Positions 1-11,444 are shown, counted from the first letter of the stretch. The stretch: DNA of 64,000 bases from Escherichia coli (GCF_009931435.1 NZ_CP043414.1), one strand, 5' to 3'. Translations and numbers: made by a program. The notes: generated by a model not told the origin, from the letters alone.

Positions 1-985
1 TAAAACGCGGAGCCATCGTTGAAAGATAATCACACAGCGGTTTACCAATACCTCGGCGCGGCGGGTTAACCAGCACCAGCTCCGGCACCTCTCCCTGAGT
101 GGTGACAAACTGAGTGGAGTCCAGCGCCTGAAATTGCAAACGCGTTAAGCCCAGTTCAGCAGCTGACTGCTTCGCACAGGCAATGGCCTCTGGCGCAATT
201 TCGATCCCGGTTAACTGCATGTCAGGCGTCGCGCAGTGTAAACCAAAGCCGCCCACGCCACAGAACAGATCCCACATATGTTTAACCGGCAACTGTCGTA
301 CCCAGTCGCGCGCAGTAGCGTACAGCTGGCTGGCGACTACCGGATTAGTCTGGAAGAAACTTTGTGGACGGATCCACAGCGGCACATCGTTAAAACGCTC
401 AGCCAGCGCCTGTTGTTCGCTCAGATAAATCTCCGTCTCCCCTTCCATAATCGCCATATGTATCGGCTGAATATTGGCGGTAATGACTTTCAGCTGCGGC
501 AGTTGTTCCTGTAACCACGGCAGCGCCTTACGCAGTTGTGCCAGCTTGGTTTCGGAACGCAGTACAAAGCGCAACATCATGCCACCATCACTTTGGCTTT
601 CAGTCAGCAGAATGTATTTCAGTTCGCCACGCTTACGCGCCACATTGTAGGGGGTTAGCCCCGCACGGGCGATAAACGGTTTTAACGCCGCAAAAACGGG
701 CGCAAATGAGGAGGGATAAAGCGGACAATCGCAAAGGTCTTCTGGTGTGCCGTCGCGATGCAGCATACCGAGCAGTGGTTTTTCAACGCTACCACTCACC
801 ACCATTTTGGCTTTATTACGAAACCCTTGCTCCGGGCCTGACACCGGCTCGCACCATTCCTCAACCGAAAAGTCGGCGAGCAGATTTTTAAGATCGGCGG
901 TTTTAGCGGAGAGTTGCTCTGGAATCAGCTGCGTTATCCACTGACAGGAACGACAGCGACCCGCGTCGTAAAGTGCGCACTGCAT
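1..985 (-). CDS. rlmC: 23S rRNA (uracil747-C5)-methyltransferase RlmC (RumB), 5' part; 3' end lies outside the window
   Basis: Minus-strand frame open from ATG at about 985 to the window edge; translation starts [39 protein letters not shown] and contains the SAM-methyltransferase motif [10 protein letters not shown]. Missing from the ORF track because its stop is outside the window. Confidence 0.85.
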   Translation of the reverse strand, partial: MQCALYDAGRCRSCQWITQLIPEQLSAKTADLKNLLADFSVEEWCEPVSGPEQGFRNKAKMVVSGSVEKPLLGMLHRDGTPEDLCDCPLYPSSFAPVFAALKPFIARAGLTPYNVARKRGELKYILLTESQSDGGMMLRFVLRSETKLAQLRKALPWLQEQLPQLKVITANIQPIHMAIMEGETEIYLSEQQALAERFNDVPLWIRPQSFFQTNPVVASQLYATARDWVRQLPVKHMWDLFCGVGGFGLHCATPDMQLTGIEIAPEAIACAKQSAAELGLTRLQFQALDSTQFVTTQGEVPELVLVNPPRRGIGKPLCDYLSTMAPRF

Positions 986-1025
986 ACATTGACCTTCACA
1001 TCATCAGGGGCGACGATTATACACA

Positions 1026-1514
1026 TTATTGCAACTGGAAGAACCGCCGACTGGTCGAGGGAACGAACAGTAGCAACAGGATGAGCATATCCGGCAACTT
1101 CTGCAGCATCAGACTATGGAAGATTTCACGTTTTGATTCACCGGGAATGCTGAACAGCTCCGGATAACCATACCCCAGCGAAGCCGCCCACAAATAACTG
1201 GCGGCCGTGATTTGTGTCAACAGATACAGCCAGCGCGCCCAGCGACGCCCTTTCACCAGTGAAAACGCACACCAGATCTCAATGAAAACCAGCACCAGGC
1301 TGCTTAAAAAGACCAGTGTTAAACTCCAGGTTTGTACACTGCGATGAATGAACTCGCCAATACCGCGCACGCCCAGCGTATTGAAAATCATCAGCACGTC
1401 GAGGCCACGGATCATAATAATGGCGAGCGCCGCCACCTGCACCAGCGCAGGCACATTCAGGCGAGCATGAGATGAAGATGTTTTCTTAAAAAATCCCAAC
1501 GTTTCGTCTTCCAT
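1026..1514 (-). CDS. ybjO: Inner membrane protein YbjO
   Basis: 162-aa ORF, hydrophobic segments, conserved position between rlmC and potI. Confidence 0.8.
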   Translation of the reverse strand: MEDETLGFFKKTSSSHARLNVPALVQVAALAIIMIRGLDVLMIFNTLGVRGIGEFIHRSVQTWSLTLVFLSSLVLVFIEIWCAFSLVKGRRWARWLYLLTQITAASYLWAASLGYGYPELFSIPGESKREIFHSLMLQKLPDMLILLLLFVPSTSRRFFQLQ

Positions 1515-1573
1515 GAAAACAATGCCGCGACATGCGCGGCATTATGTAGCCAGGTTGGCAAATTTTAGTGTCT

Positions 1574-2419
1574 TCAGCCACGTCTTGCACGCTGGATGTC
1601 GCGTATCCGCTGTTTTTCTGCGCGCGCCATCAGATACCAGGCGATAAATCCGACAATTCCGACTGCGCCGAGGATTAATGTTGCCAGGGCGTTGATTTCC
1701 GGATTCACCCCCATCCGCACGCTGGAGAAGACCAGCATCGGTAACGTGGTGGCTCCTGGCCCGGAAACAAAGCTGGCAATCACCAGATCGTCGAGCGACA
1801 GAGTAAAAGCCAGTAACCAGCCAGAAATGATCGCGGGCATGATCATCGGTAGCGTAATGACGAAAAACACTTTCAGCGGCGTCGCACCGAGATCCATCGC
1901 TGCTTCTTCAATGGAACGGTCCAGCTCCCGCAGACGCGACGAAATAACGACTGCCACATAAGCCGTACAGAAAGTGACATGCGCCAGCCAGATGGTGAGC
2001 ATGCCTCGCTCCGCAGGCCAGCCGATGGCATGTGCAAGTGCGACGAATAACAACAACAGCGACAAGCCCGTGATGACATCTGGCATCACCAGCGGCGCGG
2101 TGATCATAAAGGCAAAACCATTTGATCCGCGAAACCTGCCAAAGCGCACCAGCACGACCGCCGCAATCGTCCCGAGGATCGCCGCCGCCGTTGCCGCACA
2201 GGCAGCTATTGTCAGGCTTAAACCAACCGCACTCATCATCGCGTCATCGCGCAATAATTCGCCATACCAGCGCGTTGACCAGCCGGCCCACACCGTCACC
2301 AGCTTCGAGCTGTTGAATGAATAGATCACCAGCATCAGCATTGGCGCGTAGAGAAAGGTGAAGCCCAACAGCAAAATCACAATTCGCCAGGGCGAACGAA
2401 CCACCGGTAAATTATTCAT
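1574..2419 (-). CDS. potI: Putrescine ABC transporter permease PotI
   Basis: ORF trimmed to internal start MNNLPVVRSPWRIV (281 aa); multi-TM ABC permease; start overlaps potH stop. Confidence 0.9.
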   Translation of the reverse strand: MNNLPVVRSPWRIVILLLGFTFLYAPMLMLVIYSFNSSKLVTVWAGWSTRWYGELLRDDAMMSAVGLSLTIAACAATAAAILGTIAAVVLVRFGRFRGSNGFAFMITAPLVMPDVITGLSLLLLFVALAHAIGWPAERGMLTIWLAHVTFCTAYVAVVISSRLRELDRSIEEAAMDLGATPLKVFFVITLPMIMPAIISGWLLAFTLSLDDLVIASFVSGPGATTLPMLVFSSVRMGVNPEINALATLILGAVGIVGFIAWYLMARAEKQRIRDIQRARRG

Positions 2420-3369
2420 CCGTGTTCTCCCACGCTTTTTTGCTGATGCTTGTGGAACCACATTATCGGCACAATTAGCAGCAACAACATGATGATCGCC
2501 ACTGCCGAGGCCACCGGCCAGTCACGGTTGTTAAAGAACTCCTGCCACAGCACGCGTCCGATCATGATGCTATCCGGACCGCCGAGCAGCTCCGGGATTA
2601 CAAACTCTCCCACTGCCGGAATAAAAACCAGCATCGATCCGGCAATAATACCCCCTTTGGTGAGCGGCACGATCACAGTAAAGAATGTTTTCAGCGGTCG
2701 AGCGCCGAGATCCAGTGCCGCTTCCACCAGCGAATAATCAATACGAATCAAGGCGGTGTAGATCGGCAGCACCATAAACGGTACATAGGCATAAACAATG
2801 CCAATATAAACGGCCAGGTTTGTATGCAGAATGGTCAGCGGCTGGTCGATAACCCCCAGCCACAGCAGAAAATTATTCAGCACGCCGTTATTTTTTAATA
2901 TTCCCATCCAGGCATAAACGCGGATCAGAAACGAGGTCCACGACGGCAGGATCACCAGCAGCAATAAGATATTGCGGGTCGAAGGCTTACTGTGCGCCAC
3001 CGCCCACGCCAGCGGATAGCCGATCAGTAAACAACAAATTGTCGAAATCGCCGCTACCTGTAACGACTGGAGATATGCATCGAAATAGAGCGGATCGTCA
3101 GTCAGTTGCAGGAAATTACCAAGATTGAGGGTGATGGAAAGTTGCCCGTCAGCCCACTCCATCAGTTCGGTATAAGGTGGAATAGCGCGCGCCATCTCCG
3201 CCAGACTTATTTTAAAGACGATCAGAAATGGCAGCAGAAACAGCAAGATCAACCAGATATACGGCAACGCAATGACCAGTTTGCGCCCATGCTTCATTTG
3301 CAGCTGCGACAACCACAGCTTAAATCCGCCCGGCGGTTTCGACTGGGCAGCAGGTTCAAGTGTACTCAT
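2416..3369 (-). CDS. potH: Putrescine ABC transporter permease PotH
   Basis: 317-aa ORF with ABC permease EAA-like loop (EAALDLGARPLKTFF); operon position. Confidence 0.9.
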   Translation of the reverse strand: MSTLEPAAQSKPPGGFKLWLSQLQMKHGRKLVIALPYIWLILLFLLPFLIVFKISLAEMARAIPPYTELMEWADGQLSITLNLGNFLQLTDDPLYFDAYLQSLQVAAISTICCLLIGYPLAWAVAHSKPSTRNILLLLVILPSWTSFLIRVYAWMGILKNNGVLNNFLLWLGVIDQPLTILHTNLAVYIGIVYAYVPFMVLPIYTALIRIDYSLVEAALDLGARPLKTFFTVIVPLTKGGIIAGSMLVFIPAVGEFVIPELLGGPDSIMIGRVLWQEFFNNRDWPVASAVAIIMLLLLIVPIMWFHKHQQKSVGEHG

Positions 3370-3378
3370 CTTTGCTCC

Positions 3379-4512
3379 TTAAACCGTCAGCACCACACAA
3401 CTGTCCACTTCCCAGCACAAGCGCACTTCATCGCCCCAGGTGGGTAATCCTTTACGATAACGATGGGCATTTTGTAGCTGGGCGCTGATCATCTGCCCGC
3501 TTTTCAGGCGAACGTGATAGACCGAAAGATCGCCGAGATAGGCAATGTGCATCACCTCCCCCACCGCGAAGTTACAACCATTGGCGGGCGGTTCTTCACA
3601 AAGCATGATTTTTTCCGGACGCAGCGCCACATGCACCGGCACGTTATCGACCACCGAAGCATCTACATCAACTTTCAGTGGATGCACCAGCCCCGGCGAA
3701 TAAAGCACCAGACCATCTTCCTGACGCTCTTTGAGTACACCTTCAAAGACGTTTACCGAACCGATAAATTCAGCACTGTAGCGCGTGGTCGGATGCTCGT
3801 AGATCTCTTCCGGCTCGCCAATCTGGACAAATTTCCCACGATTCATAATGGCGATGCGCCCCGCCATGGTCATCGCCTCTTCCTGATCGTGAGTGACCAT
3901 TACGCAGGTCACACCGACGCGCTCCAGAATATCCACCACTTCAAGCTGCATCCGGTCACGCAGCTTTTTATCCAGCGCGCCCATCGGCTCATCGAGCAGT
4001 AATAGTTTCGGGCGCTTGGCAAGGCTTCGGGCCAGCGCCACACGCTGTCGCTGACCGCCGGAAAGCTGGTGCGGTTTGCGTTTGGCGAACTCCTGCATAT
4101 GCACCAGCCCAAGCATCTCATTGACCCGGCTGGCAATTTCCGCTTTCGGTAGTTTGTCCTGTTTCAGGCCAAAAGCGATGTTCTGTTCCACGGTCATATG
4201 CGGAAACAGCGCGTAAGACTGAAACATCATATTGATGGGGCGCAGGTAAGGCGGCACCTGTGACAAATCGACGCCATCGAGCATAATCTGCCCGGCAGAA
4301 GGTTGTTCGAAACCTGCCAGCATACGCAGCAGCGTGGACTTGCCACAGCCGGATGCGCCCAGCAGCGCGAAGATTTCGCCTTTATAGATGGTCAGGCTGA
4401 CATCATCGACCGCATGCTGACCATCGTAAGATTTAGTCAGATTACGGATTTCTAATAGCGGCGTCAGCGCCTTACGGGTTTTCGCCTGGGGGCGAGGGAT
4501 AGCGTCATTCAC
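3379..4512 (-). CDS. potG: Putrescine ABC transporter ATP-binding protein PotG
   Basis: Walker A GASGCGKST, ABC signature LSGGQRQR, Walker B LLLLDEP. Start placed at in-frame GTG (VNDAIPRPQ, 377 aa) rather than the upstream ATG of the 404-aa ORF. Confidence 0.85.
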   Translation of the reverse strand: MNDAIPRPQAKTRKALTPLLEIRNLTKSYDGQHAVDDVSLTIYKGEIFALLGASGCGKSTLLRMLAGFEQPSAGQIMLDGVDLSQVPPYLRPINMMFQSYALFPHMTVEQNIAFGLKQDKLPKAEIASRVNEMLGLVHMQEFAKRKPHQLSGGQRQRVALARSLAKRPKLLLLDEPMGALDKKLRDRMQLEVVDILERVGVTCVMVTHDQEEAMTMAGRIAIMNRGKFVQIGEPEEIYEHPTTRYSAEFIGSVNVFEGVLKERQEDGLVLYSPGLVHPLKVDVDASVVDNVPVHVALRPEKIMLCEEPPANGCNFAVGEVMHIAYLGDLSVYHVRLKSGQMISAQLQNAHRYRKGLPTWGDEVRLCWEVDSCVVLTV

Positions 4513-4606
4513 GGCTGCTCTCCGGCATTGAATGTGTGCAAGCGCACCCTGATGGTGCGAATTGCCGGCGGGTGTGGTGCGCCCGTCCGGCATCTACGGC
4601 TGCGGA

Positions 4607-5719
4607 TTATTTTCCGCTCTTCACTTTGGTCCACGCGCGGGTGCGCACACGGTCGATTTTCGGATCCTGCACTTTCAGAGTGAACAGCTTCGCACGGACA
4701 TCCGCAGGCGGGTAAATACCGGGGTTATCACGCACTTCCGCGCTTACCAGCGGCGTAGCTTCTTTGTTCGCGTTGGCATAGAACACATGGTCAGAGATAT
4801 GCGCTACGACATCCGGACGCAGCAGGTAATTCAGGAACTGATAAGCTTCGTCTTTATTTTTGGCATCCGCAGGCATGGCAAATACATCAAAGAATGCCAT
4901 CGCCCCTTCTTTCGGAATCGAGAACGAGACATTCACGCCATTCTTTGCTTCCTTCGCGCGGTTTGACGCCTGCCAGACATCGCCCGCCCAGCCGATAGCG
5001 ACGCAAATATCGCCGTTTGCCAGGTCGTTAATGTATTGAGATGAATGGAAATAACGAATGTTCGGGCGCAGCTTTAACAGCAGATCGGTTGCCGGTCCGG
5101 TGTAATCATCTGCTTTAGTGCTGTTGGGATCTTTACCGAGATAATTCAGCATGGTAGCAAACACTTCTTCCGGTGCATCAAGGAAAGAGACGCCGCAGCT
5201 TTTCAGTTTTTCCAGATTTTCAGGTTTGAGGATCAAGTCCCAGCTATCGACGGGCGCGTTTTCACCCAGTACCGCTTTGACTTTATCGACGTTATAGCCA
5301 ATCCCGGTCGTCGCCCACATATAGGGCATAGCAAATTTATTATCCGGGTCATGTTTAGCGACCAGCTTCAGCAGTTCCGGGTCGAGATTCTTCCACTCCG
5401 GCAATTTGTTTTTATCCAGTGGCTGGAAAACTCCCGCAGTCAACTGGCGCTCCAGAAAGCTGGCAGATGGAACCACCAGGTCAAAGCCGGTGCTCCCCGC
5501 CATTAATTTTCCTTCCAGTACTTCGTTGGAATCGAAAACATCGTAAACGACTTTAATACCGGTTTCTTTTTCAAAATTGGCCACCGTATCCGGGGCGATA
5601 TAATCAGACCAGTTATAAATGTGGAGTGTTTTTTGTTCAGCCGCGAGCGTGCCGACAGAGACGGCCATCAGAGCACCCGCAACCAGACCCGATAGCCATT
5701 TTTTATTTAAGGCGGTCAT
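4607..5719 (-). CDS. potF: Putrescine-binding periplasmic protein PotF
   Basis: Trimmed to MTALNKKWLSGLVAGALMAVSVGTLAA (signal peptide), 370 aa; periplasmic polyamine-binding fold. Confidence 0.9.
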   Translation of the reverse strand: MTALNKKWLSGLVAGALMAVSVGTLAAEQKTLHIYNWSDYIAPDTVANFEKETGIKVVYDVFDSNEVLEGKLMAGSTGFDLVVPSASFLERQLTAGVFQPLDKNKLPEWKNLDPELLKLVAKHDPDNKFAMPYMWATTGIGYNVDKVKAVLGENAPVDSWDLILKPENLEKLKSCGVSFLDAPEEVFATMLNYLGKDPNSTKADDYTGPATDLLLKLRPNIRYFHSSQYINDLANGDICVAIGWAGDVWQASNRAKEAKNGVNVSFSIPKEGAMAFFDVFAMPADAKNKDEAYQFLNYLLRPDVVAHISDHVFYANANKEATPLVSAEVRDNPGIYPPADVRAKLFTLKVQDPKIDRVRTRAWTKVKSGK

Positions 5720-6068
5720 ATCTCTTTCCTTCTGAAAGTTCGTTAACAAACGAACAAAAGTTGTCACACTGAAAGATATGCAATATTCGTGCATATTTTT
5801 ATCGGCTCGGTGTAAGAAAAGAGAACTCTCTCCCGGCCAGCACTGCTCGCTATATAAAAGCATCGCAAGAATAACTTTAGCCAGGGTTTGAGACTATAGC
5901 TCGGATTAAAAAACGGTATTTAACAAATTTTTATGCGTATTTGCTCTATGTGATAAAGCCAAATCGGCACAAGAGAAGTGAAATAATCTTTAATAAAAGG
6001 TTAAAAACAGCAGATAATTTTGCAGCACGCAGTCACTGCGGCAGCGACTGCGTACTCGAAAGGAGTTA

Positions 6069-6545
6069 TCAGTGGAGGAAATAGTTTTCGGTAACGTTGT
6101 TTTGCCCTTCATCGTCAGTCGGTAACAGCAGTTGATGGGCATTAGCTTCAAGAATGACCATCGAAATCTGCTCTTCGCTCTGACGCACGAACCATGCAAA
6201 CTGCTCATAGGTTACGCCCTGCATAACGGATAAAGACTGGCAAACCACCAGCTTTGGCAGATTATCATCCTGCATATCAAGAAATGCTTTCACGGTCAGC
6301 GAACTGGCATTGATGGCGGATAAATCCGCCGCCAGCGGCAATACGGCTGAAGGTCGGACTTCCGCCATGGCAGAAAACAGGATCGTGTTATCGATCAGAT
6401 CGATTTTGGCATCAAAGACACCGTCGAAATTCTGCATATGGGGCAGATGCAGAGCCTGACAGTTATCACATTCAAAAAAACTCATCCCCAGGTCATCGAG
6501 CCATTGACGCAACGTATCCAGACCAGGAACGACCAGCGATGTCAT
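6069..6545 (-). CDS. ybjN: YbjN (putative sensory transduction regulator family)
   Basis: Trimmed to MTSLVVPGLDTLRQWLDD (158 aa); conserved position between potF and rimK. Confidence 0.85.
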   Translation of the reverse strand: MTSLVVPGLDTLRQWLDDLGMSFFECDNCQALHLPHMQNFDGVFDAKIDLIDNTILFSAMAEVRPSAVLPLAADLSAINASSLTVKAFLDMQDDNLPKLVVCQSLSVMQGVTYEQFAWFVRQSEEQISMVILEANAHQLLLPTDDEGQNNVTENYFLH

Positions 6546-6632
6546 AATTTTGTACAACCTCTTCCGATAAAAAGACCGGCACAGCTTACGCAAAAAGCGC
6601 AGGCAAAACCATGATCAGTAATGTGATTGCGA

Positions 6633-7535
6633 CTAACCACCCGTTTTCAGGCAATATTCTGTCGTGGCGTTGCGTTCGATCCAGCGGATCATTTTACTCG
6701 CGATGTCGATACCGGTGGTTTTTTCTATTCCTTCCAGCCCCGGCGACGCATTCACCTCCATCACCAATGGCCCGCGATTAGCACGCAGAATATCCACACC
6801 AGCAACGTCCAGCGCCATCGTTCGCGCGGCTTTTATCGCGATTTCACGCTCCTGTGGTGTGATACTGGCGACGCTTGCCGCGCCTCCACGATGCAAATTG
6901 GAACGAAAATCGCCCTCTTTCGCCCGCCGTTCAATCGCAGCGACCACTTCATCGCCAACAACCAGACAGCGGATATCGCACCCTTGCGCCTCTTTGATAT
7001 ATTCCTGCACCAAAATATGCGCGTTCAGACCGCGAAAGGCGTCAATCACGCTTTCCGCCGCCTGACGCGTCTCCGCCAGCACGACACCAATTCCCTGCGT
7101 ACCTTCAACCAGCTTAACCACCAGCGGCGCACCACCGACCATGTCGATTAAATCGCTGGTATCATCCGGCGAATGCGCAATGCCCGTGACAGGCAGGTCG
7201 ATGCCCTGACGCGCCAGCAGTTGCATGGAACGCAATTTGTCACGCGCCCGGGCAATGGCGACCGACTCATTGAGCGGATAGCTCCCCAGCATCTCGAACT
7301 GGCGCAGTGCCGCCGTCCCATAAAAGGTAATGGCGGTGCCAATACGCGGGATCACAGCGTCAAAATGGGGTAACTTGCGGCCTTTGTAGTGAATTGAAGA
7401 CGCCGCAGGATTTATGTTCATGTAGCAAGAAAGCGGATCAAGAATTTCAACCAGGTGACCACGCTGTATAGCGGCTTCACGCAGCCGCTTACACGAATAG
7501 AGCGTTCCATCCCGGGACAATATGGCAATTTTCAC
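6633..7535 (-). CDS. rimK: Ribosomal protein S6 glutaminyl ligase RimK (ATP-grasp)
   Basis: 300-aa [21 protein letters not shown]; ATP-grasp family features. Confidence 0.9.
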   Translation of the reverse strand: MKIAILSRDGTLYSCKRLREAAIQRGHLVEILDPLSCYMNINPAASSIHYKGRKLPHFDAVIPRIGTAITFYGTAALRQFEMLGSYPLNESVAIARARDKLRSMQLLARQGIDLPVTGIAHSPDDTSDLIDMVGGAPLVVKLVEGTQGIGVVLAETRQAAESVIDAFRGLNAHILVQEYIKEAQGCDIRCLVVGDEVVAAIERRAKEGDFRSNLHRGGAASVASITPQEREIAIKAARTMALDVAGVDILRANRGPLVMEVNASPGLEGIEKTTGIDIASKMIRWIERNATTEYCLKTGG

Positions 7536-7595
7536 CCTGCACCTCTCTGTCAGACCTGGTCAAAAGCCCGCGTATCATACATCGGCGTGGCGATT

Positions 7596-8318
7596 TTAGC
7601 GCGTAGCCCAACCCTGTTTGTGCAAATAATCCAGTATAAATGGGCGGCTTTCTTTAATGATTGTTCGGCGGATATGATCGCTCCAGGTATCCCGGCGATT
7701 ATTGCTGCCACGGGTGAGGTAATATTCCGCCAGTTGTTCGTCATACTGCGCCAGTGCGTCTTTATCCAGCGGTTGATAGCTGTTTTCATGCACCAAAATG
7801 GAAGCCGGTAAACGCGGCTTAAGATCTGGATTATCCGCAGGCCAGCCAAGGCACAGCCCAAACAGCGGCAGAACATGCTGCGGTAATTTCAGCAGTTCCG
7901 TCACCGCTTCAATATTATTGCGCAGGCCGCCGATATATACCCCGCCCAATCCCAGCGATTCCGCTGCGGTTAACGCATTCTGCGCCATCATTGCCGTATC
8001 AACGACACCGAGCAACAGTTGTTCCGCCAGGCCAAGTTGTGCATCCGGACAGATCTGTAAATGGCGGTTAAAGTCGGCACAGAACACCCAAAACTCCGCC
8101 GCTTTCGCTACGTGTTTTTGCCCGCCGGTCAGCGTCACCAGTTCATCACGTAACGCTTTGTCGGTAATGCGAATAATGCTACTGCACTGCAAAAAACTGG
8201 AACTGGACGTCGCACGGGCGCTGTTAATAATCGCCTCACGCTGCGCTTCGGAAATGGGTTCATCAGTGAAATGGCGAATGGAGCGATGGCCACAAATAAG
8301 TTCAATGGTTGGCGTCAT
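7596..8318 (-). CDS. nfsA: Oxygen-insensitive NADPH nitroreductase NfsA
   Basis: 240-aa ORF MTPTIELICGHRSIRHFTDEPISEAQREAIINSARATSSSSFLQ. Confidence 0.9.
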   Translation of the reverse strand: MTPTIELICGHRSIRHFTDEPISEAQREAIINSARATSSSSFLQCSSIIRITDKALRDELVTLTGGQKHVAKAAEFWVFCADFNRHLQICPDAQLGLAEQLLLGVVDTAMMAQNALTAAESLGLGGVYIGGLRNNIEAVTELLKLPQHVLPLFGLCLGWPADNPDLKPRLPASILVHENSYQPLDKDALAQYDEQLAEYYLTRGSNNRRDTWSDHIRRTIIKESRPFILDYLHKQGWATR

Positions 8319-8589
8319 TATCTTTTTCTCTTTCTGAACGTGAATATTGCGGTGGACGGTTCATCAGCTGTGGGGCAAGACGTTTTGCCACCTGAAGAAT
8401 AACCACCACCGCAGCGGGAAGCATGAGCAAAACACCGAGAAAAATCATCAGAATCTGCACTTCTGGCCGAGAAAATGGCTCAGGCAGCGACAGGGAGTCG
8501 CTTACCGACAGCAGCGCCACCGCCAGCAACATCATTCCGATAAATTCCAGTATCAACACGCTTTTAGGCAATTTACCGATCGCGCGCAT
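8302..8589 (-). CDS. ybjC: Small membrane protein YbjC
   Basis: 95-aa ORF with two hydrophobic segments, overlaps nfsA start (operon). Confidence 0.8.
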   Translation of the reverse strand: MRAIGKLPKSVLILEFIGMMLLAVALLSVSDSLSLPEPFSRPEVQILMIFLGVLLMLPAAVVVILQVAKRLAPQLMNRPPQYSRSEREKDNDANH

Positions 8590-8748
8590 ACGCTTCCCTC
8601 TGCAAAGTGAGCCTTCAGTCTAAAACTTTTCACTGTATTGTGTTTAACAGTTATAGCTTTTAGCAATTAATGCAACAGGTTAAACCTACTTTCAGCGAAT
8701 ACATTTTAGCGTGATCATTACAGGCATAAGTCTATGAGGGGAGAAATA

Positions 8749-9006
8749 ATGCAAACCGTTATTTTTGGTCGTCCGGGTTGCCCTTACTGTGTGCGTGCAA
8801 AAGATCTGGCTGAGAAGTTGAGCAATGAACGCGATGATTTTCAGTATCAGTATGTAGATATTCGTGCGGAAGGGATCACTAAAGAAGATCTACAACAAAA
8901 GGCAGGTAAACCCGTAGAAACCGTGCCGCAGATTTTTGTCGATCAGCAACATATCGGCGGCTATACCGATTTTGCTGCATGGGTGAAAGAGAATCTGGAC
9001 GCCTGA
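8749..9006 (+). CDS. grxA: Glutaredoxin 1
   Basis: MQTVIFGRPGCPYCVRAKDLAEKL with CPYC active site; 85 aa after trimming 5 codons from the ORF. Confidence 0.9.
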   Translation: MQTVIFGRPGCPYCVRAKDLAEKLSNERDDFQYQYVDIRAEGITKEDLQQKAGKPVETVPQIFVDQQHIGGYTDFAAWVKENLDA

Positions 9007-9015
9007 GCGTCTGAC

Positions 9016-9048
9016 AAGCCCTCGTGTTGAGGGCTTAATTAATTTTTT
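9016..9048. terminator. Hairpin aagccctc-gtgtt-gagggctt followed by T-run; candidate bidirectional terminator between convergent grxA and ybjM
   Basis: Perfect 8-bp GC-rich stem then aattaatttttt; read directly from sequence. Confidence 0.6.
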
Positions 9049-9413
9049 CTGTGCTGTGATTTAAACAAACTGCTGATAAATAAGAAACACAATGCCCCCA
9101 ACGCACACCAGAACACCGCACTTAATAACCATGCCAGCTCTTGCCAGAATGAGCGCGTTGGTGAAAAAAACAGCCGCATTATGAGCATCGAACAGGGTGC
9201 CGCCAGCATTGCGCCAAACAGAGGTTTCAGGACTTCTCTACGCTGTGAAAAGAAGCTGGCAACCGCTCCAGGAAGAATGAAAAACAGCAAACCAATTTCA
9301 GGATGCCCGGCAGCCCGAAAAGCGCCTTTCATGTGCGTCGCCAGAAAAAGGCACACCACAATGAAGAGGACAAAACAGCAGATTGCCCCCGCCCAACGTT
9401 GTTTATGTTTCAC
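9039..9413 (-). CDS. ybjM: Inner membrane protein YbjM
   Basis: 124-aa hydrophobic ORF in the conserved position. Confidence 0.75.
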   Translation of the reverse strand: MKHKQRWAGAICCFVLFIVVCLFLATHMKGAFRAAGHPEIGLLFFILPGAVASFFSQRREVLKPLFGAMLAAPCSMLIMRLFFSPTRSFWQELAWLLSAVFWCALGALCFLFISSLFKSQHRKN

Positions 9414-9682
9414 TCGTTCCTCCTGACACTGCGTCTATCGAACACATTTTTCGCCAGTGTGGCGTTCAGTAAGATAAAGCCGCTTCGCATTCCATGCTAA
9501 TATAGGCCAACGCAATTCATATAGCCGTTGATACCTAATGTGATTACACTAGTAAAATATATTGTTACTTTACTATCGTTTAGGTGCGCTGAATGAATCT
9601 GCGCCCTGAATTCTGGTAAAAAACATTATCGTAAATTACCATTTCTTTCAACAGCTTACTAGTAAACAAGAAGTTAGCCTCC

Positions 9683-11368
9683 GTGAATATAAACGTCGCC
9701 GAATTGTTAAATGGGAATTACATTCTGTTATTATTTGTGGTCCTCGCGCTTGGGCTATGTCTCGGGAAATTACGACTTGGTTCGATCCAACTGGGTAATT
9801 CCATTGGCGTTTTAGTCGTATCGCTGTTATTAGGCCAACAACATTTCAGCATTAACACCGACGCGCTTAATCTTGGCTTTATGCTGTTTATTTTCTGCGT
9901 CGGGGTCGAAGCTGGACCGAACTTTTTTTCCATTTTTTTTCGCGATGGGAAAAATTACCTAATGTTAGCACTGGTGATGGTTGGCAGTGCGCTGGTGATC
10001 GCCTTAGGGTTAGGTAAGCTGTTTGGCTGGGATATTGGCCTGACGGCCGGTATGTTAGCAGGCTCTATGACGTCAACACCGGTTTTGGTCGGTGCTGGCG
10101 ATACACTGCGTCATTCCGGCATGGAAAGCAGGCAGCTCTCACTGGCACTGGATAATCTGAGCCTCGGGTATGCCTTAACCTATTTAATCGGTCTGGTGAG
10201 TTTGATTGTTGGTGCGCGTTACTTGCCGAAATTGCAGCATCAGGACTTACAGACCAGCGCCCAGCAAATCGCCCGCGAACGTGGCCTGGACACAGATGCC
10301 AACCGTAAGGTTTATTTGCCGGTGATCCGCGCCTACCGCGTCGGCCCGGAGCTGGTAGCCTGGACCGACGGCAAAAATCTGCGTGAACTGGGTATTTATC
10401 GACAAACTGGCTGTTACATTGAACGTATTCGTCGTAACGGGATTCTGGCAAATCCAGACGGTGATGCCGTACTACAAATGGGCGATGAAATAGCGTTGGT
10501 AGGCTATCCCGACGCCCACGCCCGACTCGATCCCAGTTTCCGTAATGGCAAAGAAGTTTTTGATCGCGACCTCCTCGACATGCGTATCGTCACTGAAGAA
10601 GTGGTCGTTAAAAACCATAACGCTGTTGGCAAACGTCTCGCACAACTGAAGTTGACCGATCACGGCTGCTTCCTCAACCGCGTCATTCGTAGTCAGATTG
10701 AGATGCCGATTGATGACAACGTCGTGCTTAACAAAGGTGACGTTTTACAAGTCAGCGGCGATGCCCGTCGCGTAAAAACCATCGCCGATCGCATCGGCTT
10801 TATCTCGATTCACAGCCAGGTCACTGACTTGCTGGCATTCTGCGCCTTCTTTGTTATTGGGCTGATGATCGGGATGATCACCTTCCAGTTCAGCACATTC
10901 AGTTTCGGCATGGGGAACGCTGCCGGGTTGTTATTCGCCGGAATTATGCTGGGCTTTATGCGCGCTAACCACCCGACCTTCGGTTACATTCCGCAGGGTG
11001 CATTAAGCATGGTGAAGGAGTTCGGCTTGATGGTGTTTATGGCAGGCGTTGGTCTGAGCGCTGGTAGCGGTATTAATAACGGCCTGGGCGCGATTGGCGG
11101 TCAAATGTTGATTGCCGGATTGATTGTCAGTCTGGTGCCAGTGGTTATCTGCTTCTTGTTCGGTGCTTATGTATTGCGAATGAACCGCGCACTGTTGTTC
11201 GGCGCAATGATGGGCGCACGCACCTGCGCGCCGGCAATGGAGATCATCAGTGATACAGCTCGCAGTAATATCCCGGCGCTGGGCTATGCGGGCACCTACG
11301 CAATCGCCAACGTTCTGCTAACGCTGGCTGGGACAATCATCGTCATGGTATGGCCAGGATTAGGATAA
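9683..11368 (+). CDS. ybjL: Putative transport protein YbjL (AAE family, two TrkA-C/RCK_C domains)
   Basis: 561-aa ORF with membrane halves flanking a soluble central region. Confidence 0.85.
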
Positions 11369-11409
11369 AACTGAAGTTGCCCTGAAAATGAAATTTTTTT
11401 GCACAACCG

Positions 11410-11440
11410 CAGAACTTTTCCTCAGGGCATCAGTCTTAAT
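11410..11440 (+). promoter_or_regulatory. Candidate sigma-E promoter of RybB (GAACTT -35-like, TCTTA -10-like)
   Basis: agaacttttcctcagggcatcagtcttaatt immediately upstream of the RybB 5' end; sigma-E dependence of rybB is established knowledge. Confidence 0.5.
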
Positions 11441-11444
11441 TAGT

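Noticed and set aside
183-514. Plus-strand ORFs of 78-81 aa (183..428, 278..514)
   Set aside because: They lie antisense inside the rlmC coding region, which reads through on the minus strand with a clear methyltransferase sequence; treated as spurious.
1596-2324. Plus-strand ORFs (121 aa, 116 aa, 64 aa) inside potI
   Set aside because: Antisense to a well-supported ABC permease gene; typical shadow ORFs.
4607-5863. N-terminal extensions in the longest-ORF calls (potF 418 aa, ybjN 174 aa, gsiB 601 aa, gsiA 659 aa, pdeI 808 aa, dacC 407 aa, fsaA 244 aa and others)
   Set aside because: The extensions lack signal-peptide or domain logic and the known proteins start at internal codons with plausible signal peptides or conserved N-termini; shorter starts used.
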